Both the position numbers and the translations under genes were made by a program. This document shows positions 48,843 through 62,189 of a stretch of DNA of 64,000 bases, in pieces. This stretch comes from Amoebidium appalachense (taxonomy: Eukaryota; Protista; Ichthyosporea): NCBI GenBank assembly GCA_963693365.1, contig CAVNZM010000002.1, positions 6,771,943 to 6,835,942 on the forward strand. The letters run 5' to 3'. The notes under the pieces are model-generated. The model was not told the origin of the DNA and searched no databases. It saw nothing but the letters and a program-made list of their open reading frames with translations. Within the stretch, counting starts at the first letter, position 1; each line of letters begins with the position of its first letter.

Positions 48843-49592
48843 CTAGACATCCTTCGGCACGACGTCGTCAACAAGTTGCTGGTTGATCCCTGCAGCTCGG
48901 CAAGCGCATTCAAAGCTGATGCGTTGCTCTTCAGTGTGAAACACGCCGTCGGGATCGGGAATTGCTAAAACTTCAAGGAACTGGTGATGGTGCATGGACG
49001 AAAACGCCATAAGGTTCTTGAAAGCGCTGATGACAATCTTGCGTCTCTCTTCGGTAGGGATAGCTTTGGCAACCTCGCCCAGAAATTCCCGACTACGGGC
49101 GAAGTCGGTTAGTGCCTCGGTTGTTGTAATTATTTTTTGCGCTGCAGATTCTCCCTGGGTTGTCCGCATTCTCGCCCTCTGTTCATCAGCAATGACCTCG
49201 AGCACAAAACGCACCGAGAGCTTCTGTTCTTGCAACTTGGAGTTTCTCAGCTGGTTCTCGAGGGTGTTGACTCTGTCCTTCGCAGCCCCAACTTCATCCT
49301 TCGCAGCCACAACTTCATCCTTCGCAGCCACAACTTCATCCTTCGCAGCCACAACTTCAGCCTTCGCAGCCAACGCCTGGCTAAGAGCTGCGTCCTTCCC
49401 AGCCAACGCCTGGCTAACAGCTGCGTCCTTCTCGAAATACAACCGCCGCCAGAACTCCACTGATGAAGGATCAGAGGTAGTCAGGGTACTAAGGGCACGT
49501 GTGCGCCATGAGGCCACAGTACTCACACTACTGATCGTGCATGCGGCGTGGCGCAAAAGAATGCGCGGTCGCATAAGCAAGGAGACAGCCAT
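48843..49592 (-). CDS. Hypothetical intronless coiled-coil protein with a mitochondrial-presequence-like N-terminus
   Basis: 249-aa ORF with a real ATG. The first ~40 aa are R/S/L/A-rich and lack D/E. A 21-bp repeat gives (KDEVVAA)n heptads and a 33-bp repeat gives KDAA(V/L)SQALA twice. Confidence 0.65.
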   Translation of the reverse strand: MAVSLLMRPRILLRHAACTISSVSTVASWRTRALSTLTTSDPSSVEFWRRLYFEKDAAVSQALAGKDAALSQALAAKAEVVAAKDEVVAAKDEVVAAKDEVGAAKDRVNTLENQLRNSKLQEQKLSVRFVLEVIADEQRARMRTTQGESAAQKIITTTEALTDFARSREFLGEVAKAIPTEERRKIVISAFKNLMAFSSMHHHQFLEVLAIPDPDGVFHTEEQRISFECACRAAGINQQLVDDVVPKDV

Positions 49593-50273
49593 TCTTCCAA
49601 AGATGTAGTTAGTGCTTTGAAAAGACTACCGTCGATCAGTTACACGACTACTGTACAATGGGCGGGTCAACGTTAGCACTGGACCTGTGTGATCAGCCCG
49701 CTGCCCGGGCCAGATGTCGATGGGCCCGGCGGCGCCTCCGCCCAGCCTGTAGGCAGGACAGAAGTAATCGTGGCCGCAAGTCTGCAGGCAGCCAATCAGG
49801 ATCTCAGAGTAGTCAGAGTAGCCAAACTAGTGTCTAATATTGGAATGTACACCAATGTAACGGATCTCATATGTGTTGTAGTGCTTCAAGTTATACCTGT
49901 TCTTCGTACAGTCATGTTAGGGGGGAGGGGGGGGGGGGGGGGGGGGGCTAGCTTTCATTCCGAAGTTTACTGTAAAGAATTAAAATTTAGAATCTGAGTA
50001 ATAGTACAGAGCCTTTGCACTTTTCTCTGTTTGTTAGGAATTCTTTGTGATCGAGAGTATGGTGTGTTAGACTATTGGTGTTAATGTGTCCTGGAAGGTG
50101 TATAATGTCTGCTGGCCGTAGTCAGTATCTATTTTTAGGTATATAGTATATTTTTAAATGTTGGCCGCTGGCCAATAAATAGCAAATAATAAACACACGA
50201 TAAAGTCAACAGCGTGCCAAAAAACTAATCCCCAGCGAGCGCACCCAGTGATGTGTGTGTGTGTGTGTGTGTC

Positions 50274-50343
<70 letters not shown>

Positions 50344-51665
50344 GCGTGCGTGCGTGTGTGTGTGTGTGTGCGTGCGTGCGTGCGTGTGTGCGTGTGTGCG
50401 TGTGTGCGTGTGTGCGTGTGTGTGTGTGAGTGTGTGTGTGTGTGTGTGTATGTGTGGTGTGGTGTGTGCGCGGCTTGTACATATGTACGTGTTCATGTGC
50501 ACCTGTGTCGGACCTACGAAGTACATGAAAGTAAATTTTGACAGCATCGATCTGCCGGTGTGTATGTGTATGTGTGCCAGTGCAGCAGGTGTGCCTTGTA
50601 ACTGATAGCTTCGCATTTTACGTGTGTGTATATATAGTAGTACGCATAGACACTTGCTGATCATTCGGATCGACATTAATATTTAATCTGTCGGTCCTCG
50701 GTTTTTTGAGTGAATGATGATCAAGTGTAAGAGCATTCACTTGGCAAGTATTAATGTTGCAGAGGCTAGCTGCAGCTGCAAGCGTCGGATGCACACTGAC
50801 AATTGTCTTTTCAGCGAGTCTAACCTGCAGGCAGCAGCTGCACACATATAGGGTTGTTATCTTGCGGCACATGCACGGTGATCATTTCAGAGTAATAGAG
50901 TTCAGAGCAATGAAAATAATGAAAATAACTAAACTTTGTGACTACTTTAAAGTTGCTGAGATCATACGTGGTGCAAGCTGCACTATGAACACATGTATAG
51001 TGCTAGTAATTAATACATTTTTGTTGCCTTCTGCAGGGTTATCGTAGCTACGTCACGGCCTGCACTCAGGGGGGGGGGGAGGGGGGGGAGAGGGGGGATG
51101 ATTCGAAGGGGGTATAAATAAGAACATGCACCTAAAGGTCTTTCCCGTGGATCCTCCCCCCTCCCCCCCCCACCTCTCCCTCCCCCCGGGGCCCCATACT
51201 ATGATATCTAGGCCCAATATTATATGCCCCTTCCCCCCCCCCCCCCCCCCCTCCTCTCCGGATCCCCGGACCCCACTTCCCTACCCGGAGGCTCAAGAGC
51301 TCCCCCCTTCCCCCCCCCCCCCCTTCCCCCCCTCCCCCCCCCCCCAAGGCTTACGGGGGCCCTTCTTCATCGAGGGGGAGGGGGTGGGGGTGGGGGGGGT
51401 GGGGGGAGGGGGTGGGGGGAGGGAAGTGGAAGGCGGGGGTGGATGCATGTCAGCCTAGGTGAATTCAATTGTTTAACTCCAGTGTGCAGGACTGGTCTGA
51501 AGGCTTAAGAAAACAACGAGGAAATGGGGTCCAGTGGAGGTGGTGGTGGTGTTCTGTGTGTGTGTGTACACGTGCACGTATGTGTGTGGTTTTTTTAAGG
51601 GGTGAGTGGTGGTGGTGGTGGTGGTGGTGGTCACCGTGGTGGTGGTGTGTGTGTCTGGTGTGTGT

Positions 51666-51710
<45 letters not shown>

Positions 51711-53094
51711 TAGAAAGAAAAACTGCTCGTGGGTCACTGTTTTTCGTCACTGTATTTGTAACGGGCCGCTCATATTTATATAACTACTTTAATTTAAGTA
51801 CACGTGTTCATTATCATATACGATGGCCAAATATAGAAATTTTGGCGTCGAAGTTCTTGGAGCTAAAAAAACGTTTAAAAGGGGGAAATAATAGCTTGGC
51901 CCCAAATTTACCTTGCCGTTTTTAGCGAATGTATTTTTTATTCATGAGTTCTAGTGATTCAGTGAGTGCACGTGCCTGCCTCAGGCTGATCATGACAACT
52001 GCAACACACCATTCCTACATGGATATCAACCAAAAGAAAATAGTATATACTGTGGTGGTCTCCTAAACCTTGTGCGGCATGCGCATACATGATATTACAG
52101 TGACGCATGTGCATATTATTGTTCTGTACACCGGAGTGTGCCGGTGCACGTGGCTGTTTTGTGCACATGTTACAATAGCAGCACGATCTCCCTAAACTCC
52201 ATGTTTACACATCCCTCACCCTGGCTCTGCCTTGTCGGTGCTCCAAAACACACATACAAATCCCCCTAGACTCAGTGCCTGCACATGGTCGCATTCACGT
52301 GCAGGTCACGTGACACATGCGATGCCATACTGCCGTCTACAGCAACAACCACGGCAGCATGTATACCGGCCCAGCACGAAATATACTTATCGGCAGCCCA
52401 CTGAACTCGCCCATTTTCTCTTTTTCATGTATGTCCCTCCTTTTTTGTAAAATCACCCTTTTTGGCCTCCCGGTAGTGGATTTTGCAGGATTTGACTTCT
52501 TTGAGGTCCAAAAACCTCAAATTTTCCCCGGCGGGGCCGGGGAGGGAGAATTCAAAAATTGCCCGCTCCTGATATGGTACCCGGGCCGTAAATTTTTCTA
52601 TTTTCAGCTTTTCTTTTGTCTCAGTTTTTTCAGTTTTTTTCTCAGCATCTTTCGAAGTGGGCGAGAAATTAGTAGAAAATGTGGCCACCCTCAGAAGAAG
52701 AGCTTGTAAAGCTGTACATGCTGTTTATAACATCAGCTGCTCAATCATGTTTGCTGTTGTTGGAAGGGTTTGTTACGGCTCTGGTAAATGCCGGCTATAA
52801 CATGGCTTTACAGAACTCTCAGGCCTTGGTTTCCATAGCTAGGGCCGCTTGGGTGTCTGAAGAGTTTGGTGGGACTGTGGTTTTTGACGGGTTTGAGGTT
52901 CCCACACGTTTTTTAATAATGAGCGCAATGCAGGCAGAAATCACTTTCCATCCTATACAACATCTAAAAGACATCACTGCTTTACTTAGATATAGCTACC
53001 TACAGAAGAATGCCTCCGAGGTTGTCCTCAGTGAAATGCTTACCCGCGAGCACACAGACCCAGCACACCACACACACACACGTGCACACAGACC

Positions 53095-53146
<52 letters not shown>

Positions 53147-53919
53147 ACACATACGTGCACACAGACCCAGCACACACACACACACACACACACACACGCG
53201 CGCCCGGCGCCCACCCGCCCTCACCCAGCATTTTCCCATTAGGCAATGGCACCCACCGCTGTTCCGCCATTCATCCATGTGCACCCGCAATTAATCACGT
53301 GTGTGTGTGTGTGTGTGTGTCTTTGTGTGTGCCAGATTTGTTTGCGAATGGGGCCCCCCCGGGGGGAAGGGGGGGGGGGGGGGGGGGGGGGGCAGGGGGG
53401 CTCAATCTGTTGACTTCATGATCAGACACCGGACGGTATTTTACAATTTCCATATATATTGCCTTCTGATCCAGACATGCATATCAGTAGTACAATGGAT
53501 CACAGCTGTATAATACTCGATCCTTGGGTATACACAGTACATAGCATCGGCCAATCACGTAAAGAGCGGCAATTGGGCCTTTGCAGAAAAAAAGAAAAGA
53601 AGAAGGTCAATATGCATAAGTCTACGGACTCTCTCTAAATATGTAGCGACTCGCCGCACACGCTCATAGCACTTAATCAGTGCACCGTAGCAAAGGAGAT
53701 GATTGAAAATCAACGAATGATAATGTTTGCACAACTATTCCGACCACAAAAATTGGTTTAGTTTCCATGCAGACCTAAAATGCGACAAAATTAAATGAGA
53801 ATATATAGTGAAAACGAATACCAAACAAACAAATCAACCAACCAATTATCTCCCAATACCTAGTAGTTTCCACATCATGTCGGCATTACCATGTTGTGGG
53901 TAAGTCAATGACTGAGAGG

Positions 53920-53990
<71 letters not shown>

Positions 53991-53999
53991 TGTGTGTGT

Positions 54000-54629
54000 G
54001 TTTCTCACAGGCCCCCGTCTCCGCGCTGCACACCCTGCGCCCCGGTTGCTGAAAAGGGGGTGGGGGGAACACCCAATCCGCTGCCGCTCGATGCACGTGT
54101 ATTACTGTGGGTTGGGGTGGCCTGTGCTGCCTGCTTTTTCGTGTCTGCGCCGTCCTTGGGCATGCTGACGCCGAAAAAACGAAGATATTCGCCAAGTCTT
54201 GCTGTGCGTCTCTGCCCTGCATTTGCTGCCTGCCGTAGAGGGTGAGCAGGCCAATGGTAAGTGCCGAGGAGCCAATGGCGCGGGACATCTCACCGCTGGC
54301 ATCTGTCAGTGCCTCACGAACCTCCGTACCGAAAGCCGACATTTGTTCACCCATAGAACTCAATCCCTCTCTGATTACTTCACCGAAGCGATCCATGCGC
54401 GCGTTGTCCATGTCCATTAACGTGATGCCGGTTGTCTTGGTACCAGCAGCGGCTGACGACCCAAGGGTGCTCTCAGCCACTTTCTCGCTCTTAGTAGTGC
54501 CGACGGGGGCCATCCTCCACTTATAGATCTGGTGTGTGTGTGTGCCGTGTGAATTGAGCAGAGTGCACATTTCAAGGGTTGGGTGGGTGGGTGGGTGGGT
54601 GGGTGTTTTTTTTTGTTTTTTTTTTTGGA

Positions 54630-54666
<37 letters not shown>

Positions 54667-54771
54667 GTGTTAGCACTCAATGAGGGGAAAGCGAAGGAAA
54701 CCCGTGTTAGCATTCAACGAAAAGCAAGGGATAGACACCATTTGAGTGGGTATAGTGTGTGTTTGTGTGTG

Positions 54772-54807
<36 letters not shown>

Positions 54808-55726
54808 GCGTGTGCGTGTGTGTGTGTGTATGTGTGTATGTGTGTGTGTGTGTGAGGGTAGGTGGGGGGGGGGGGGGGGGGGGGGGGGGAGGCAGGGGAC
54901 ATCAAAAATAAAGACGACAGGAGGAGGAGGAGGAGGAGATGTTTGGGGAAAAGGGGGGGGGGGGGGGGGGGGTGTTAACAGGGGGGGGGGGGGGTTTGAA
55001 TGCGTGGAGGACCTGGCCAGTATAGAAACGGACGTGGGAGTCAACGGAGGAGGCAAATATGTCGAGGGGGGTCTTGGGGTCCTCAGCAGCCTCGTGCTTC
55101 TTAGCCCTGCCCGGCTTGATGAACGAGTCCTTCACAGTCTTAACGAACTGGACTTCAAGGAAAGGGGCATCGTCTGGGCAGATGGCACCCTCTTTGGACT
55201 TGCTGGGGTGTTTGCGAAGCAGATCATTGTATTCATGCACGGCATTAAGAAGGCACGTTCTAGCTGCGACATCGGTGTATTGGCCGCCCTCCTTTTTCTG
55301 TATGGGCACACTGTTAGAAGTGACTCTGTGTGTGCATGCATGTGGGTGTAAATTATGCAGTCTGTGGTGTCACGCTGTCATTGAGCAAAACCTAAGTAGT
55401 TGTTTAAGAAACAAGCATTCAACGAAGGGAAATGCAAAGAAAGCACTTGAGTGGGGATTCTGTGTGTGATGTGTGCAGTGTGCATTGTGCAGCGTGAGTG
55501 TGAGTGTGAGTGTGTGTGTTGGGTGGGGAGGGGAGGGGAGGGGAGGGGAGGGGAGGGGAGGGAGGGAGGGGGGGGGGGGGGAGGGGAGGAGGGGGGAAGG
55601 AGGGAGAGGGGGGGGGGGGGGGGGGGGGGGGGGGACAAAAGCAACAGTCACACAGGATAACGGTAACAGAAATGGATCAGAATGTGAGCCCAGGAGAAAG
55701 TGAGAGGGGAGGGAAAGTGACAAATG

Positions 55727-55775
<49 letters not shown>

Positions 55776-56303
55776 GCCAAAGTTGAGCAGGAAGGAGAGC
55801 ATGGATGGAGCATTTGGGGGGGGGGGGGGGGGGGGGGGGGGCACTTTCCACCTCATGCAGGTTTCTCAGAAAAAGAGCCTTGAGGCGCTTGCCTCCCCAA
55901 TTGGTCCACTCAAACTGCCTAGCGTCGCCAACAGACTGGCCTATCTTCTTAACCATGTCCTCCTCAGCAGTGGGCGACCGCGAGTTGGTAGACTCCCCAT
56001 CACTCTCCTCATCATCCTGGGACCCAGTATCTGGCCCGGTGGAGAGGGAGCCGCCCTGTTGGTCTCCCTCAGGCTGCTGCACCTTTGTTGCAGCTGTGGC
56101 CTTGGGCTTCTTGGTTGATTTGCCTGTGGGGCGTGCGCTGCGCTTAACACCCCCCTTGGCTGTTTGCCGAGCAGACAGGCCTTCTTCTGAGTTGACCTTG
56201 CCCAGGGCTGCATGGTTTGCGTACACAAAATTAAGAATTTGAATAGGTAAATGCTCATCATTCCACAAGTCCCAAACACAAGTCCCAAAACCATTTGCCT
56301 ATA

Positions 56304-56336
<33 letters not shown>

Positions 56337-56647
56337 CCACACACACACACACACACACCACCACCACCACCACCACCACACACACACACGAACACACACA
56401 CACGCCACACATACACGCACGACATACACACACACACACGCTCAAGCTTTCTCTAGCCTCTCTTCTCTCTATCCTCTCTCCATTTTCCAGCCACCAAAAC
56501 TCCATACCCCTCTCCCCATCAATTGCACACACACATAAACTTACAAACCAACACCCCCCCCCTCCCCCCCCCCCCCCCCCCCCCCGTATTTCTTCTCCAA
56601 AATAAAGCCACTCAGCAAACATGGCAACCTCGACACATAGGTATTCC

Positions 56648-56699
<52 letters not shown>

Positions 56700-57107
56700 C
56701 CACACACACAAACACACACACCAAAAACACACAAAAAAAAAGGAAACCCCCCCCCCCTCAAGATCCCCCCCCCCCCCCCCGACACCCCCTCAATGCCTGC
56801 CCAGCCCGTTCCCCTCCCCCCTTTTTCTCCCATATAGATTTTGAAAACAACTCCTTTTGATGTAAACACCGTGGCTGTCGGACCTGGTAAGCATTTGCAG
56901 ATAGAACAGCAGTTACTTACGTTTGCCGAGGATAGCCTTGACGATGCAACCCAGCTGGTAGTGGTCGGGTATGAAAGACCCCCCGTTGTGTTCCTCGGGG
57001 GCAGAAGCCTCCAGCTGCCTCAGAATCTCAGACCAAGACAGCTGTCGAATTCTCCGAACAACGTCTGGCTCATCCTCCGTCTGTGTGTTCAAGAAATGCT
57101 CGAAAAC
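54000..57107 (-). CDS. Multi-exon gene fragment of unknown function, 5' end missing
   Basis: Protein-like segments 57107-56921 (VFEHFLNT...), ~56238-55852, ~55310-55016 and ~54528-54005 have CAG acceptors, GT donors and host-style poly-C/(CA)n introns. The 3' end is uncertain. Confidence 0.5.
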
Positions 57108-57558
57108 CTGTGCAGAAAGTATCAATGAGTCAATAAAGTGGTGGAAGTTGGAAGCTGTAAGGGTTGGGTGGGGTAGGAGTTGTTTGGGAAGGGGAACGAG
57201 AGGGTGGGGAGGGACGGACGAAGGGAGGGTGTGTCAAAAAGGTAGAAAAAGGGGGGAGGGGGAGGAGGGGGAAAGGGGGCCAAGGTACAAAAGGGTGGAA
57301 CGATGGGAAACGGGACATGCAGCACCTGTTTGTCGTGCGTGTTGTAGTTGAGTAGAGTTAAAAAAAAGTGAGAAACAAAGGAGCAATAAAGCCAAAACCA
57401 AAAACGAAAAAAACATTCAAACAGAAAACCCATAAAGAACGGGGTGTGTGTGTAATGGGGGAAGGGGGGGGAAGGGGGGATAGGGGAAGGGTGGGGGGGG
57501 GCCTCAATGGAGAAAAAAGGGGGGGAGGGGCTGGGTCCTGCTATAACATTCCTCGTAC

Positions 57559-59386
57559 CTTCCTGAGGCCGTGGGTGCACGTGTCCAGCCGGCACCAGAA
57601 CACGTTGTCGCAGAAGGAATGACGGTCTCTGCCAACCCCTGCCCCTGAGCCCTTGAGCTTGGTGCTGTGGTTGGCCATGCATTTGGTCGATGGGAAGAGG
57701 CCACAGCAGTCGTCACAACGGTAAGGCCATGCCTCCTTCCCTGCCCGTGCAAGCTGCAGACGGCGCTCGGGGGTCCACACACAGGCGTTGGCCTGGTCGT
57801 TGCGGTCCCCCTTTGACCCACAGTTGTCGCACTGGTTCACACAGCGGTGTTTCCCCATGTTCTTGCTCTGCACGGTCTGGTTGCAGTGGTAGCAGGTGCT
57901 GAGATTCCGTCGTGCCTCCCCCGTGTGGTTGCTGTGTCGTAGGCGCTCGATGGCCGTGCTGACACTGGAGGTGATGGCCGTGAAGTGGCCCAGCTTCTGG
58001 GAGTGGGCCAAGTACATGGTGCACAGCTTGGAGGGGGGCAGGGCCGTGCTCAGGTCCCCGTACCGGCGTAGCACTTTGGCCCCGCTGTCCATGTCCACCA
58101 CCACCAGCCGCAGGCGGGTGACTGACTCAGGCTGCTCGGCAATGGCTGTGTTGAGGGCATCCACGACAGCCCCCAGCTCATTCACAGTCAGGCCATCCTC
58201 TGCAGGCACAGGCAGGTCGTACTTGGTCCACAGCACTCGGGTTGCCCTCACCAATCTCCGCAGGTAACGGTCTTGGTGGTGGCTCCTTGGATCTGTGGGA
58301 GGGAGTAGCAGGTTGCACACCCCACAGCCGGAAGATCTCGACCTCCCCAGGGTCGTGTTGCCGACCCCCACTACCTCCTTTGGGGTCAGCAGGTGGCACA
58401 GCACGTGGTGGTCCTTGCGATCCATGAGGTTGCCCCCCTTGCCCAGCACCTTGCGTGTGTGCTCGGTGGGTAGGTTGGCCTGCTCGTTGCCATTGGCTGC
58501 CTTCTTCACCCACATCACCATGCAGTACACCAGGCACAGCTGGGCACAGTTGGGGCCGTAGGCAAAGCCGTGCAGCTGCTGGTGGTCCAGGAAGGTCTCC
58601 CCGGTCACCTGTGGGTCGTCGGTGCTGCATGCATCCTGCACAAGGGCGGTCACATCCACCACGGCCTTGGCCTCCACCAGATCGTGCAGCCACCGTGCAT
58701 TCACCCCCGTGGTGGTGGACAGGGACCCACAGGCCCCCCTCCTCACCATGTCCTTGGGTCGGGCCACCGTCAGATGCACGGTGGATCTGCCGTCCATGAA
58801 GGTCTCGGCTGCACTCTGGGTACGTTGCCGTATGTTCTCCATCAGCTTGAGCACCACGGCGTTGACATCACCATTGAACACCTCCATGGGGCCTGCAGTA
58901 AACACACGGCGGTTGGTCACGTCGGCGTTGGGTTTGCCATCATCCCCCACCTGGTTGTCCACACCGTTGGCCTGCACGTGCAGGCTGATGATACGCACAA
59001 TCAGCATGTCCCCCGCCTGCACATCTGCACGGGCCATGGCATCGAACAGCATGGCTGCAAAAAACTGGGGGAACTCAGTCACGTCAAGGGTGCGCAGGGG
59101 TTGGTACTCGAGGGTGTGGCCGCGTACACCCAATCCCCGTGCCTGCATGTCATCTACACGGGAACGCAGCCGCCAGTTGCCCTCGGCCGGCATGGCAATG
59201 ATCTGGGGGTCATCGGGGTGGTTGATGGGGGCGGGGGCGGAGGGGAGGCCGGGGAGGGGGTGGGGGTGGGGGTGGTGGGGCCAACATGGCCTGCAGGAAG
59301 GGGTGGGCCTGCAGGACCTGCTGCGGGTCGGCATCCAGTGCCCGCAACAGATCATCTTCAAACTCTTCCTGGCTCTCGCTGAACAT
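57559..59386 (-). pseudogene. Protein-primed PolB, N-terminal half (terminal-protein-like region, OTU-like Cys/His domain, Zn-binding clusters)
   Basis: Probable ATG at 59386 (MFSESQEEFEDD..), with a frameshift in the C-rich tract ~59230-59280 into the 606-aa frame. Motifs QS...F.D, GPNCAQLCL, GLTVNEL, LVVVD, MYLAH..GHFTAI, CYHC..HRC..CDNC..CDDC..F..C..H match the N-terminal pattern of Polinton pPolBs. GC-rich codon style is the same as 23983-28334. Confidence 0.8.
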
Positions 59387-59399
59387 CTTGAATGGTAAC

Positions 59400-59860
59400 C
59401 TTAGATCTCAGACTGTAATCTTATAAATCTCAAGTATCAATCTAATCAATGGTTGCTAGCCTGGCTGTGCCAGAGCAACGCCTCAATAAAGAACAGTATG
59501 CAAAATAACGTCTCTGTGCCTGTGTCTATTAAATCTCAAAGCCCAGTGAAATCTCAAAAGAAAAAATCTCTCCAAATCTCACGAAGCAGTACGCAAAAAC
59601 AATAAGTCTGTGCGTGTGTCTGGTCGCCGCCGGCCGGCCGCCTCTGTTTACCAAAAACAATGAGCCATTCGCGGTCCTATTGGTCAGTTTCGGGATGGAA
59701 TGTACAGATTTCGGTTTACGCGCTCTGATTGGTCAGTTTTCCGGCAAATTTGCTTTTTCGCCTCCTAATTCCCATTGGGTGGCTATTTCCATTGGTCAGT
59801 TTCCCATTGAATTCAGGATTCGAATTCCCATTGGTCAGTTTTCGTCGGAATTCAGAATTC
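59400..59860 (-). promoter_or_regulatory. Putative pPolB upstream region with reiterated motifs
   Basis: AAATCTC is repeated about five times (59425-59580). ATTGGTCAGTTT (CCAAT-containing) occurs at ~59678, 59728, 59791 and 59830, and twice more in the TIR. Confidence 0.5.
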
Positions 59861-59988
59861 TCGCATTCCTTCGATCCGCAGCACCTGTACGTGTGCGCAC
59901 CACATGTACGCGTACACGTACGCGTCCACGCGGCGCGCCCTCTCTCTCTTTAATTATTTAGTTAAATTCACGTGCGCTGCACGTGTTT

Positions 59989-60540
59989 TACACACACAGT
60001 GTGTGCATGTGCTCCTGTACATATATCCACCCATATCTCATATCCCATATCGCGATGTGTGTACACAGATATCACACATCTCACATCCACTTATGCCATA
60101 TCTTTGGGGGCTGCGGTTCTGATTGGTCAGTTTTCCGGCAAATTTGCTTTTTCGCCTCCTAATTCCCATTGGGCGGCTATTTCCATTGGTCAGTTTTCGC
60201 CTGAATTCAGAATCATTTCGCATTCCTTCGATCCGCAGCACCTGTACGTGTGCGCACCACATGTACGCGTACACGTACGCGTACACGTGTTCCGCCCTCT
60301 CTCTCTTTAATTATTTAATTACAATCACGTGCGCTGCACGTGTTTTACACACACACACAGTGTGTGCACGTGCTCCTGTACATATATCCACCCATATCTC
60401 ATATCCCATATCGCGATATACACAGATATCACACATCTCATATCCACTTATGCCATATTTTGGGGGCTGCGGGACCGCGTGAATGTGACGTCACACCTGT
60501 GACGTCACCATTCACGGGGTGCCGCGCCCCCAATTGTAGT
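59989..60540 (-). repeat. Right terminal inverted repeat; its internal repeat continues inward to ~59724
   Basis: Reverse complement of 23431-23982. Segment 59724-59988 is a second diverged copy of 60118-60350 and is missing on the left side. Confidence 0.93.
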
Positions 60541-60661
60541 CTTGCCTTGCACGATAGTGTTATGGAGCACCAACATAGGAAAGTCTCTTTACCTACGTAC
60601 AAGAAACATAGATGGGACACCATATATAGTAATTTTTTGTCATCGGCAATCCTTACACTTC

Positions 60662-60708
<47 letters not shown>

Positions 60709-60724
60709 ACACCACCATGCCACC

Positions 60725-60783
60725 ACCACTATACACACAAACGAAGTCGTTGCGAGGGCGGCTACGTATACTGCAGAATACAT

Positions 60784-60820
<37 letters not shown>

Positions 60821-60897
60821 ACCACCACCACCACCACCACCACTATACACACACACGAAGTCGTTGCGAGGGCGGCTACGTATACCGCAGAATACAT

Positions 60898-60931
<34 letters not shown>

Positions 60932-61005
60932 ACCACCACCACCACCACTATACACACACACGAAGTCGTTGCGAGGGCGGCTACGTATACTGCAGAATAC
61001 ATGTC
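60725..61005. repeat. Three copies of a ~62-bp unit separated by poly-C/(CAC)n spacers
   Basis: CACTATACACACA(A/C)ACGAAGTCGTTGCGAGGGCGGCTACGTATAC(T/C)GCAGAATACATGT at ~60727, ~60841 and ~60945. Confidence 0.88.
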
Positions 61006-62189
61006 CCCCCCCCCCCTTCCCCCCCACCCTCCAGGTGCACCATGGCCCCTCCGGATCCGCCACCCCAACCATTCACCTAGTAGGTAGATATATATGATAC
61101 GAACCCGGGCCTGGCCACTTCCTTGAAATAATCCATCTAAGGTCGACGTCCAGCACCACATATGCATGTAAACAACACAAAACGGAGGTCACGCATGACG
61201 TTGTGCACAAGTTGTCTATAGCTAATATGTGCACAAAGTCAATGATTCACGATCGATCTAGATATCGATGTTTTGGAAGACGGTCGTACCATGGCCACAG
61301 TGCACGTGACTGCTTGAAATAATACGTGTACACGTACTTGTACATGTGTACAGCAAAAGTTAAGGTGTACCTTAAAAAAAAACAAAAAAAGTAGGAATAC
61401 GTGGATCCAGCTTTTACCGAGAGTGCACCCATGGCAAACGTTAAACTGTAATGGCGATAATAGTGATATCGCAGTAGCATTGGCTACCGTAGCGGCCTGG
61501 CTGACAAGTACACGCCCATACGTATACACCGGTCTCGTAGGTACGTACGCGTATTATACACACCGTGCATGCCGTGGTCTTGCCTGGCATCGACCTTAAA
61601 GTTTACCTGTATAGCCACACGTGAGCCCGCCACACGTACACCACGGGAGACAAATGTGCACATACAGGCACCGTGTACGAAAACGAACATGTATGGGTGC
61701 TTGCATGCATGTTGCAGTGTATGTACATGCGCACATGTACGTAAACGTGCCAAACCCGGGCATATGCACAAAACACCTGTTGGAGACAACATGCTACACT
61801 TATGTCTGTTGCACCGTCCTGTTCCTTCAAGGGTGCACATACAACACCAGATAATATGCATGGGTGGTGGGGCGCAAACGTAAAACAAATGGCAATGTTC
61901 AGGTCACTTATACTTCACAGACGTGCCCCAGGTCACGCTAGTACTTATAAATACAATAGTTAGGTACATAGAATGCCCGCGGGTCCTGCCGCCTGCCATT
62001 CAAACTTCCGGTTTGGCATACTGTACATGAAGCAAGACCCCCCCCCCCCCCCCCCCCCCCCCTGCCCCCCGCCCGTCCAGCGGCATTTGTGCATGTCCCA
62101 ATCCACACACACACCTGTGGCTGTGTGTGTGTGTGTGTTTGCAAGTGCTTATCCCTCCACCTTTGCATGCACCAACAGTCACGTGCACC

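Noticed and set aside
52679-53045. Protein-like segment possibly from a transposase
   Set aside because: No start, splice chain or catalytic motif could be assigned.
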